DNA of 29,643 bases from a candidate division WOR-3 bacterium (lineage in GTDB: Bacteria > Hydrothermota > Hydrothermia > JBDRYB01). The position numbers and the translations under genes were made by a program. The notes beneath the pieces are model-generated. The model did no database searches. It saw only the letters and a program-made list of their open reading frames with translations, and was not told where the DNA came from. Of this stretch, positions 9,060 to 16,547 are shown in pieces (within the stretch, counting starts at the first letter, position 1; every line of letters starts with the position of its first letter). Location of the stretch: NCBI GenBank assembly GCA_049969615.1, contig JBMFOM010000012.1, positions 1-29,643 of the forward strand, written 5' to 3'.

Positions 9060-9766
9060 GGGCGGTAAAAGGATTATTGGCGTGGGCTGGTCTGGACACA
9101 TCGGAGGCCACCGTGTTCGGCTTGGGCTTTGGTTTCGCTATTTCGTTGGAGAAAGGGAAATTATCGGATTGTCTGCCAGAACATCTAATAATAATGAACG
9201 CGGCCAAGGCGCTCGGGATTGAGTGTCAGGAATTCGGGACGGTCTCGCGAGAGAAAGCGCTTGAACACCTAAGGGATCACCTGGGCCGGGGGACGCCGGT
9301 CGCTGGAAGATTGGGGGGCGAGATATCGCTTTTTGTTGATGCCAGTGCTGATGGTGTGATCACCGCTGATACAACGATCCCCTGGGCCGAACTGGAGTAT
9401 AAGCTTTTCACGGGCGAGGGGCCGGTCAAGACGTTTCTCTACACATACAAGAAGACCAGACACATTCCTCCCCTTGGTATAGCCACAAAGAAAGCCCTTG
9501 CGGAGATGGCGAGGCGATTCCTTTTTCCGGATAAGCCGACCAGGGGCCTGAAGGCCGCCGGTATGCTCTCTGGCTTAGGGAAGCCCAATTGGGCCCATGA
9601 GCCCGCACGGGGCCACAGCTTCATGGCCGCTTTCCTGGAGGAGATAGGCCGGATAGAGGAATCAAGGCTTTTCATGGAAATATCAGAAAACCTGTGTTCC
9701 GCGTCCGCGGATCAAGCAGGGGCGTTCATTTCCATGGATAGGGAGATCTTCTCAAGGTTTTTATAA
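9056..9766 (+). CDS. Hypothetical protein, BtrH_N/DUF4872-like, probably catalytically degenerate
   Basis: LLAWAGLDTSEATVFGLGFGF resembles the BtrH_N SE-x-x-x-FGLG motif; ATGA coupling to the HerA-like gene. Confidence 0.55.
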   Translation: MRAVKGLLAWAGLDTSEATVFGLGFGFAISLEKGKLSDCLPEHLIIMNAAKALGIECQEFGTVSREKALEHLRDHLGRGTPVAGRLGGEISLFVDASADGVITADTTIPWAELEYKLFTGEGPVKTFLYTYKKTRHIPPLGIATKKALAEMARRFLFPDKPTRGLKAAGMLSGLGKPNWAHEPARGHSFMAAFLEEIGRIEESRLFMEISENLCSASADQAGAFISMDREIFSRFL

Positions 9767-9855
9767 CCTGAGCCCATCCAGTTCCAGAGGTCCACACTCC
9801 ATGATTTGTTCGGCCCTGTTAACCTAGACCGCTTTGACCGGCAAGTTTCCAAATT

Positions 9856-10041
9856 GAAACCCCTGAAAAATCCCGGTTTGTCCTTGGTCCCCGTCCGGGA
9901 GCCTCATAATAGATGGAAGAGAATCCTTAGGAAATGCCCCCGTGGCGGGATTTTTCAGGGGCCACTCTTAGAAACCCGTTCTCTTAGACAAAGTGCTCCT
10001 GGCTCAAGCCATTAAGTTATTACTACTTTATCAGGGGTCTC
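9856..10041 (+). mobile_element. MITE family 1, full-length copy (186 bp)
   Basis: TIRs GAAACCCCTGAAAAA / TTTATCAGGGGTCTC (13/15); internal perfect IR CCCCTGAAAAATCCCG at 9860-9875 and 9946-9961; non-coding. Confidence 0.85.
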
Positions 10042-10042
10042 G

Positions 10043-10157
10043 CTTAGTTTATCTCTGAAACCCATGCGCCGCAAAATCTGGGGTTATTGCCCGGATCCGT
10101 TCGGTCTTCCCGGATGCTCAAATACATGATTCTGCGCAGAAAATGGGTTATAATTTA
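10043..10157 (+). repeat. Repeat family 2 (promoter-ending element) upstream of pdxT
   Basis: Aligns with the reverse complement of 20691-20805; ends in ATGATT-N17-TATAAT (10126-10154). Confidence 0.7.
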
Positions 10158-10175
10158 TGACTTTATTTATAATCA

Positions 10176-10739
10176 ATGAAAATTGGAATCCTCGCCCTGC
10201 AAGGCGCATATGAGGCTCACGCCAGGATGATTGCTCGGCTGGGGCACGAGCCGGTTTTCGTCCGCTACCCGGAACAAATACCGGACATCAGTGGTCTAAT
10301 TATTCCCGGCGGAGAATCAACGGCTATGGTTACAATTGGCAAAAACCTGGGGATGAGAGAGGCCATCGCGGAACGTGCGGGCCAAGGACTGGCGCTGTTC
10401 GGAACCTGTGCCGGAATGATCCTCCTTGCCCGCGAGGTTGAGGGCGAGGCTAAGGATTTCTCAACCGGACTCTTGCCCATAACGGTCGCTAGGAACGCTT
10501 TTGGCCGCCAGACCGAGAGCTTTGAGGCAGAGCTCAGGCTCTCCTTTGACCCAGTCCCGTTCCGTGGGGTCTTCATAAGGGCGCCGCGAATAAAGAACAT
10601 GGGTGATGCTGAACCCATAGCCTGGCTGAACGGCGAACCCGTTGGTGCCGTGAGGGGAAGGGTGATGGCAACGAGCTTTCACCCTGAGCTCACGGATGAC
10701 ACGCGCTTGCACGGGTTTTTCATTAGTCTAGTTTCATAG
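10176..10739 (+). CDS. pdxT: Pyridoxal 5'-phosphate synthase glutaminase subunit
   Basis: GILALQG, PGGEST, FGTCAGMILL, RNAFGRQ, FIRAP, FHPELT. Confidence 0.95.
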   Translation: MKIGILALQGAYEAHARMIARLGHEPVFVRYPEQIPDISGLIIPGGESTAMVTIGKNLGMREAIAERAGQGLALFGTCAGMILLAREVEGEAKDFSTGLLPITVARNAFGRQTESFEAELRLSFDPVPFRGVFIRAPRIKNMGDAEPIAWLNGEPVGAVRGRVMATSFHPELTDDTRLHGFFISLVS

Positions 10740-10781
10740 GTCAGGCTTTAGCCCGACGGCAGGTTGAAACCTGCCCTGGGA
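10737..10781. repeat. REP-like doublet of short palindromes
   Basis: gtcaggc-ttta-gcccgac followed by ggcaggt-tgaa-acctgcc; aaacctgccctggga is shared with 14707-14721. Confidence 0.45.
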
Positions 10782-10815
10782 CAGGAAAGATAGAGAATCA
10801 ACGGAGGTTTTTGAG

Positions 10816-12264
10816 ATGAAGGGACAAACACTGAGCTGGATGAGGACAGCAGGGTTGATAGGGCTTGGCCTTGCGGCAGGCCTCATACTCTCCGCGAGGC
10901 TCGGATGCGCTTCCGAAACCAGAGCCCAGACAACGGGAACCTATGAGCCGGACACAGGGATATATTCAAACCCGTTTTCAAGGGTTGTGGCTGAACTTGA
11001 GCCAAGCGTTGTGAAAATAATGGTTGAGAAAGAGGTTTCCGGTGTCCCGGAAGTGCCTTTCGGGAAGTTCTTTGGGCCGTTTGAGTTTGAGTTCAGGTTC
11101 CCTGAAACGCCAATGCCGGCCGAAGGCCTCGGTTCGGGCTTTGTATACGAGAAGGTCAAGGATGGATACCTAGTGATGACCAACAACCATGTTATAGACG
11201 GAGCAACAAAGACAGTTGTTCAACTTTATGATGGGAGCGAGATCAAGGATGTTGAGGTTGTTGGCGCGGACAAAGCCACGGACATAGCGGTCCTTAAGAT
11301 CAAGACCCGTAAGGAGCTCAAGCTCGCCAAACTAGGCAACTCCGACGATATACATGTCGGCGACTGGGCCATAGCTATAGGTTCACCCTTCGGCCTTTCT
11401 GCTACTGTGACCGTTGGCGTCATAAGCGCCCTCCACAGGACAGGGGTTTCCGCTTCCGAGGGGCCTGATTTCCAGGACTTCATCCAGACCGACGCGGCCA
11501 TAAACCACGGCAACTCAGGGGGGCCGCTCGCTAACATAAAAGGTGAGGTTATAGGCGTCAACACGATGATAGCTTCCCTGACGGGCACATACAATGGCAT
11601 AGGCTTTTCTGTCCCGATAAATCTCGCCAAGTCTGTTGCGGATCAGTTGGTTGCAAAGGGCAAGGTGGAGCGCGGCTTCATGGGCGTCAGGATACAACCC
11701 GTTACATCCGATATAGCAGAGGCCTATGGCCTGGACAAGCCCCGCGGCGCACTGGTCAATTCGGTTGAGAAGGGAACCCCAGCGGACAAGGCAGGCATGA
11801 AGGAAGGCGACCTCATCGTTTCCTTCAACGGACAGGAGGTCAGGGATGTCCAGCATCTCAGGTCAATGGTGGCTCACGAGGGGCCCGGCAAGAAGGTCAA
11901 GATAAAGGTCATCAGGGATGGCAGGGAGAAGGAATTCACCCTGACCCTTGGAGGTATGCCGGAGAAGCTCTCGTCCGCCGGTAAATCACCAGAAAAACCC
12001 GCTGTTCCGGAAAAGGCTGGCTGGCTAGGATTGTCGGTGGAGGAGAAGGACGGAGGCGTCGTGGTCTCTGGCGTTGAGCCCGAATCAAAGGCATCTGCCT
12101 CCGGCATAGTGAAGGGCGACAAGATACTGAAGATAGGGGATATTGAGATCAAAAGCCTAGCAGACCTTCAGAAAGCCGCTGACAAGTATAAGAATAGCGA
12201 GAAGCCCGTTCTATTCTATCTGGAAAACGGAGGAACCAAGAGGTTCGTGGCGGTGAAGCCCTAA
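10816..12264 (+). CDS. DegP/HtrA (Do family) serine endoprotease with two PDZ domains
   Basis: TNNHV, DIAVLK, QTDAAINHGNSGGPL, two PDZ regions, N-terminal signal or anchor. Confidence 0.95.
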   Translation: MKGQTLSWMRTAGLIGLGLAAGLILSARLGCASETRAQTTGTYEPDTGIYSNPFSRVVAELEPSVVKIMVEKEVSGVPEVPFGKFFGPFEFEFRFPETPMPAEGLGSGFVYEKVKDGYLVMTNNHVIDGATKTVVQLYDGSEIKDVEVVGADKATDIAVLKIKTRKELKLAKLGNSDDIHVGDWAIAIGSPFGLSATVTVGVISALHRTGVSASEGPDFQDFIQTDAAINHGNSGGPLANIKGEVIGVNTMIASLTGTYNGIGFSVPINLAKSVADQLVAKGKVERGFMGVRIQPVTSDIAEAYGLDKPRGALVNSVEKGTPADKAGMKEGDLIVSFNGQEVRDVQHLRSMVAHEGPGKKVKIKVIRDGREKEFTLTLGGMPEKLSSAGKSPEKPAVPEKAGWLGLSVEEKDGGVVVSGVEPESKASASGIVKGDKILKIGDIEIKSLADLQKAADKYKNSEKPVLFYLENGGTKRFVAVKP

Positions 12265-12442
12265 GAAACTCCTGGAAAATCCCGGTTTGTCCTTGGCCAC
12301 TATCCAAAAGCCTCATCATAGCCAGAAGAGCACCCTGAGGAAATGCCCTCGTGGCGGGATTTTGCAAGGGTCCCTCTTAGAAACCTGTTCTCTTGGACAA
12401 AGTGTTCCTGGCTCAAACGAATAGGTTATTACTACTTTATCA

Positions 12443-12575
12443 ACCCTCCAACGGGCAAAGGGCCATGGAGCCGGGTGAGGTGGCAGTTGATCTAAGGGGC
12501 AACATGGCCACAGAGGTCTCAGCCAAAGGCTCACCCGGTTCTCCGACCACATATTTCTATGTGCTTTCTTAGGGG
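12443..12575 (-). ncRNA. Putative (partial) IS110 bridge RNA: 5' hairpin plus target-binding loop
   Basis: Lies downstream of TATAAT (12581-12586, minus); CACATA-GAAA-TATGTG hairpin at 12548-12563; long stem 12530-12544 pairing with 12467-12479, enclosing TGAGACCTCTG (target left flank plus core) and GATCA (complement of core plus right flank). Confidence 0.65.
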
Positions 12576-12607
12576 AAGAAATTATAGAGGCCGGGTAAAG
12601 TGATATA
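12443..12607 (-). mobile_element. Non-autonomous IS110-like mini-element (165 bp plus CA core)
   Basis: Flanked by duplicated CA (12441-12442 and 12608-12609), no TIR; end sequence CAACCCTCCAA is identical to the end of the IS110 transposase element at 29519-29529. Confidence 0.8.
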
Positions 12608-12678
12608 CAGAGGTCTCATCTAAGAACCGCTCCGGACTGTATTTTTAGAACTGGAAGGCCTCAAAAAAATCGTATTGT

Positions 12679-12853
12679 GAGACCCCTGATAAAGTAGCGA
12701 TAACTTACTGGTTTGGGGGGAGGAGCACTTTGTCCAAGAGAACAGGTTCTAAGGAGGGTCCTCCTGAAAGAAAAATCCCGCAACAATGGCATTTACTCAG
12801 GGTTCTCTTCTATCTATGATGAGGCTGACAAACCGGGATTTTTCGGGGGTTTC
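12679..12853 (-). mobile_element. MITE family 1 copy, inverted relative to the 12265 copy
   Basis: gagacccctgataaagtag...gggatttttcgggggtttc is a reverse-complement homologue of 9856-10041. Confidence 0.85.
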
Positions 12854-12877
12854 AATGGATCAATCCACATAACATCA

Positions 12878-12957
12878 CTTAGTTTATCTTTGGAACCCAG
12901 CCTCCACAGGTTCCGGCAACCCCCAGAGTCATTGCCGCAAATTCGTTCAATTTCCCT
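12878..12957 (+). repeat. Divergent repeat family 2 copy
   Basis: cttagtttatctttggaaccc versus cttagtttatctctgaaaccc at 10043; attgccg motif downstream. Confidence 0.5.
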
Positions 12958-13014
12958 CAGCGCACGATCCTCCCCATGATGTTGATTGCGATGGACATTT
13001 GGCCCTGGTGTTTC

Positions 13015-13043
13015 TTGATCCCTAACAGTATATCCGATATAAT
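13015..13043 (+). promoter_or_regulatory. sigma70-type promoter TTGATC-N17-TATAAT, 6 nt before ATG 13050
   Basis: ttgatc cctaacagtatatccga tataat ttgctt ATG; no SD. Confidence 0.65.
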
Positions 13044-13049
13044 TTGCTT

Positions 13050-14648
13050 ATGATCCTCTTTTTGCTGGCAACTTGGATATATCTTCCACGGCTGGCAAAC
13101 GCTCGCCTCGTTGTTCCCGGGGATTCCCTGGTTGTCCTCTACGGCTCTGGCCAGCCCAATCCTGTCTCTGTCAGGCTTGAGGGCCGGTTCGTGCAGTATG
13201 ATCTTGGCCCCATGACCGGAACACCCCTTGATACTCTCTGGCGGGCGATTTTCGCTCTTCCGGCCATGATTGAACCGGGAATCTATAACATCATCCTCTC
13301 AACCCCGGAGGGCGCTGATACCCAACCGAACGCGCTGATGGTCTATCCGGCCTGGCGGGACACAGTTGTCTTTCTGCAGTTTTCTGACATCCATATCGGC
13401 AACACCGCGCAGGAGCTCTTGAGGTTTCAACAGGCTGTTATTGAGGCAAACACGATATACCCTGATTTTATTGTGATAACAGGGGACATAGTTGAGGCTG
13501 GCGAAATAGCGGGGTCCCCAACCTGGTATGGCCAGTTTTTGGCCGCAGCGGAAAATCTCATGGTTCCGGTATTCACGGTCAACGGCAATCACGATTATTC
13601 TCCGGCCACGCGAATGACAAATTATCCGGCGCTGATCAATCCGGAGCTGAATTATTTATTCACCTACTCGGACTGGCTCCTGATGCTCTGCCTGGACACG
13701 GGGCCGATTGATCCGGATTCTTCAAATGCCCGGTGCTGGGGCCTCAGCCGGGAGCAGATAGCCTGGGCGGATAGCGTTCTGGATGCCCATCCTGGTTTCA
13801 CCCAGAAGCTCGCGATGATGCACGGCCCCTTAATTGACTACGACGGCTCGGACAGGTCAAACACCCACGGGAGGGATGAGTTCATAGGTCTCTCGCTGAG
13901 CCATGGGCTAAGCCTCATTCTTCACGGCCACACCCACCACAACAGGTTTTTCCTTTCTGATAGCACCTGGGTTCAGGGGGATGTTCCGGTTTATCCCGCG
14001 ACTCCCTATTTCCTTCAGGAATTGAGCACATGCAAGAACAGCAAGGACACCATGGGCTACAAGAGGATAGAATTATCAAGGGACACGGTCATATCGTTCC
14101 TGGAGGACCAGGACAGGAGCGGATTGCCCGATGGCCTGGGTTCCTTGCTCCTCTGGAACCTGCGGGTTGACTACGCCTATAACCTGGACAGCACGAATTG
14201 CGTCGTGGCCATTGACAACAACAGCCCCAGGACTTTTTACGGTGGAAGGGTCTGGCCAACCATGAACCCGGCATACGAATACGAGGTTCTCGGGCCGGCG
14301 AGGATAATCCGTATGGCTCCGGGAGGTTTCATGGAAGTCGCGGTGGACAGCATTCCTTCCGATGACACGACCATAATTTACATATTCCCGAGGGTATCCG
14401 TTCCCGAGGATAAGAGGGAGGTTCCTGGCCTGCAATTCACAGGTAAAACCCTACGGGCGTTCCCCGGCAGGGGCACGAGCGCGAGGCTCTCGGTCTATGA
14501 TGCCACTGGTAGGCTGATCTCGGTTCTGAAAGAGGGGCCATGGGAGGGGCCGCGCGAGTTCGGCCTCGGTTTCTTGAAGCCCGGAGCATACGTGGCAATC
14601 ATGGACGCGGGGAATTTCGGACAGAGACTCGTCTTCGTGAGAAGGTAG
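13050..14648 (+). CDS. Secreted metallophosphoesterase (calcineurin-like) with C-terminal T9SS/FlgD-like sorting domain
   Basis: SDIH, TGD, GNHD, MHGP, GHTH; hydrophobic N-terminus; C-terminal RLSVYDATGRLI...PGAYV. Confidence 0.85.
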   Translation: MILFLLATWIYLPRLANARLVVPGDSLVVLYGSGQPNPVSVRLEGRFVQYDLGPMTGTPLDTLWRAIFALPAMIEPGIYNIILSTPEGADTQPNALMVYPAWRDTVVFLQFSDIHIGNTAQELLRFQQAVIEANTIYPDFIVITGDIVEAGEIAGSPTWYGQFLAAAENLMVPVFTVNGNHDYSPATRMTNYPALINPELNYLFTYSDWLLMLCLDTGPIDPDSSNARCWGLSREQIAWADSVLDAHPGFTQKLAMMHGPLIDYDGSDRSNTHGRDEFIGLSLSHGLSLILHGHTHHNRFFLSDSTWVQGDVPVYPATPYFLQELSTCKNSKDTMGYKRIELSRDTVISFLEDQDRSGLPDGLGSLLLWNLRVDYAYNLDSTNCVVAIDNNSPRTFYGGRVWPTMNPAYEYEVLGPARIIRMAPGGFMEVAVDSIPSDDTTIIYIFPRVSVPEDKREVPGLQFTGKTLRAFPGRGTSARLSVYDATGRLISVLKEGPWEGPREFGLGFLKPGAYVAIMDAGNFGQRLVFVRR

Positions 14649-14666
14649 GCTCCTGGGCGGAGCTTT

Positions 14667-14721
14667 GTAGGGGCAGGCCTATGTATCTGTTCAAATGCGG
14701 ATTGGCAAACCTGCCCTGGGA
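14667..14721. repeat. GTAG-REP-like palindromic element
   Basis: gtaggggcaggcctatgtatctgttc...cctgccctg; related motifs at 15300-15326 and 23935-23960 (minus). Confidence 0.4.
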
Positions 14722-14789
14722 AGGCCAAAAATGGTGGTGCCCCGAAGACCTCCAGCCTTATAATTTAACTACTAAAAAGGAAGGTTATC

Positions 14790-15302
14790 ATGGCTTACGA
14801 CCTGAAAAGTGTGCTTGAGCACGCAATTGAGATTGAGAAGGGAGGCATGAAGGCATATATGGACTTCGCGCTTAGGACTTCCTCGGGCGATGGCAAGGAC
14901 ATGTTCATCTGGCTCGCGAGGGAGGAGTTCGCCCACATGAGGCTCTTTGAGAGCATGTTGGCCGCGGCCGCAGGGGTCGGCTCCCGGTCCTTTGAGACAC
15001 CTGCCTCGGACATCCAGCGGTTCATGCCGCAGGTCAAGAAGATGGAGAGGGCAGAGGGCGGCAAGGCAGAGGCCTCCGATGCTGACGCTCTCCGTGCGGC
15101 CCTGAAGATGGAAATAGAGACCAGGGATTTCTATCTGGATCAGTCCGGCAAGGCGGATGACCCGAAGGTCAGGGAGGTCTTCAGGCAGTTGGCCGAGGTT
15201 GAGGAGGGCCACCGAGAGCTCATCCAGGCGCAGTTGGATTTCGTCTCCCAGACAGGTTTCTGGTTCGGCATGATGGAATTTGATGTTGAAGGAAGGGCAT
15301 AG
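14790..15302 (+). CDS. Rubrerythrin / ferritin-like diiron protein
   Basis: AIEIEKGG...LAREEFAH and ALKMEIET...LAEVEEGH (paired ExxH motifs). Confidence 0.9.
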   Translation: MAYDLKSVLEHAIEIEKGGMKAYMDFALRTSSGDGKDMFIWLAREEFAHMRLFESMLAAAAGVGSRSFETPASDIQRFMPQVKKMERAEGGKAEASDADALRAALKMEIETRDFYLDQSGKADDPKVREVFRQLAEVEEGHRELIQAQLDFVSQTGFWFGMMEFDVEGRA

Positions 15303-15344
15303 GGGCAAGGTCCCCGCGTCTGTCCTCATATAAAAGGGAACCCA

Positions 15345-16049
15345 ATGAATAAATCCGCCTTCCACAAGATAAGCTATGGCGTTTTCGTCGTGGCTTCAAG
15401 GAGAGGGGACCGGCTCAACGGCCAGATAGCTAATGTGGCCGTCCAGGTCACCGCGGAGCCGCCGAAGCTTGCCGTTGCCCTCAACCAAGAGAACTTAACC
15501 TGCGAGTTCGTCAAGGAATCTGGCGTCTTCTCGGTCTCAGTCCTGTCCCAGGAAACCCCCATGCCTTTTATCGGCAAGTTCGGGTTCAGGTCCGGCAGAG
15601 ACACAGACAAGTTCTCGGACACACAGCACCTCATTGGCAAGACAGGCACTCCTATTGTGACCGAGAACACGGTTGCCTGGTTTGAGTGTAGGGTCACGGA
15701 CTACCTGGATGTTGGAACTCACACGATATTCGTTGGAGAGGTCCTGGACGCGGATGTTCTTCTGGATGTGGAACCTATGACCTATGCTTATTATCACCAG
15801 GTCAAGAAGGGCTACTCGCCCCCCAAAGCCCCGACATATCAAGGAGAAGAAACGATGACAAAGGAACCATCGGAAGAAAAGGCCCTTTTGAAAAAATACC
15901 GTTGTTCGGTTTGCGGCTACATATATGATCCTGAGAAGGGCGACCCCGACGGCAAGATACCGCCAGGAACCCCGTTTGAGAGCCTCCCGGACGATTGGAC
16001 ATGCCCTGTCTGCGGTGTGACAAAGGACATGTTCAGGCCTTTGGATTAG
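15345..16049 (+). CDS. Flavin reductase-rubredoxin fusion (high-molecular-weight rubredoxin)
   Basis: [30 protein letters not shown]-terminal [10 protein letters not shown]...WTCPVCG. Confidence 0.92.
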   Translation: MNKSAFHKISYGVFVVASRRGDRLNGQIANVAVQVTAEPPKLAVALNQENLTCEFVKESGVFSVSVLSQETPMPFIGKFGFRSGRDTDKFSDTQHLIGKTGTPIVTENTVAWFECRVTDYLDVGTHTIFVGEVLDADVLLDVEPMTYAYYHQVKKGYSPPKAPTYQGEETMTKEPSEEKALLKKYRCSVCGYIYDPEKGDPDGKIPPGTPFESLPDDWTCPVCGVTKDMFRPLD

Positions 16050-16050
16050 A

Positions 16051-16509
16051 TTGGATATTCGGGACAGCATCCTAGATTGTATTGGCAATACGCCATTGGT
16101 GGCGCTTGACCGGTTCGCTCCTGTGGGTGAGGGACGCGCTCGTGTCCTGGCGAAGATGGAGCTCCTGAACCCTTATAGCGTAAAGGACCGGCCCGCGCTG
16201 TGGATGGTAACCGAGTCAGAGAAAAGAGGCCTGATAACCCCTGGAAAAACCACGATAATAGAAGGCAAATCAGGCAACACAGGGATAGGCCTCGCGATGG
16301 TCTGCGCGATAAGGGGATACAGGCTTATCCTCTGTATGAGCGAGGGGATGTTGGATGAGAGAAAGAGGGTTCTAATAGCTCTGGGAGCGGAGCTCGTGCT
16401 CACCCCCTCCGAGGAGCACACGGTCGGTCCCAGAAAAATGGTGCAGGAGCTCGCGAGGGAGATACCGGATTCCTATCAGCGTTATCTTTCCGTGGAAGGG
16501 ATGTGGTAG
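16051..16509 (+). pseudogene. cysK: Truncated cysteine synthase (N-terminal half)
   Basis: IGNTPLV, SVKDR, SGNTGIGLA; only 152 aa, homology is lost where NQFxNPxN is expected; TTG start. Confidence 0.75.
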
Positions 16510-16547
16510 GAGCGCCGGAGCCGACCCGTATTAGATTCGCATCCTGC

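Larger units (their letters stand above)
12265..12617 (+). mobile_element. MITE family 1 copy whose right TIR is interrupted by the IS110-like mini-element
   Basis: Colinear with 9856-10041 up to ...actactttatCA (12442); the remaining CAgaggtctc resumes at 12608-12617. Confidence 0.85.

Noticed and set aside
9761-9853. Further repeat family 2 copy on the minus strand
   Set aside because: Only the ends (tttggaaac, ggttataa) resemble the family; the interior could not be aligned by eye.
10176-10739. pdxT without pdxS and gatA without gatB/gatC as novel systems
   Set aside because: Split operons are common; the partner genes are probably elsewhere in the genome.
2330-12853. Dispersed repeats as a CRISPR array
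   Set aside because: The copies are long, scattered and not regularly spaced; no cas genes are present.
12316-12979. ORFs 12316-12552, 12713-12979 and 9806-10015
   Set aside because: They lie across MITE or mini-element DNA and show no protein-like motifs.
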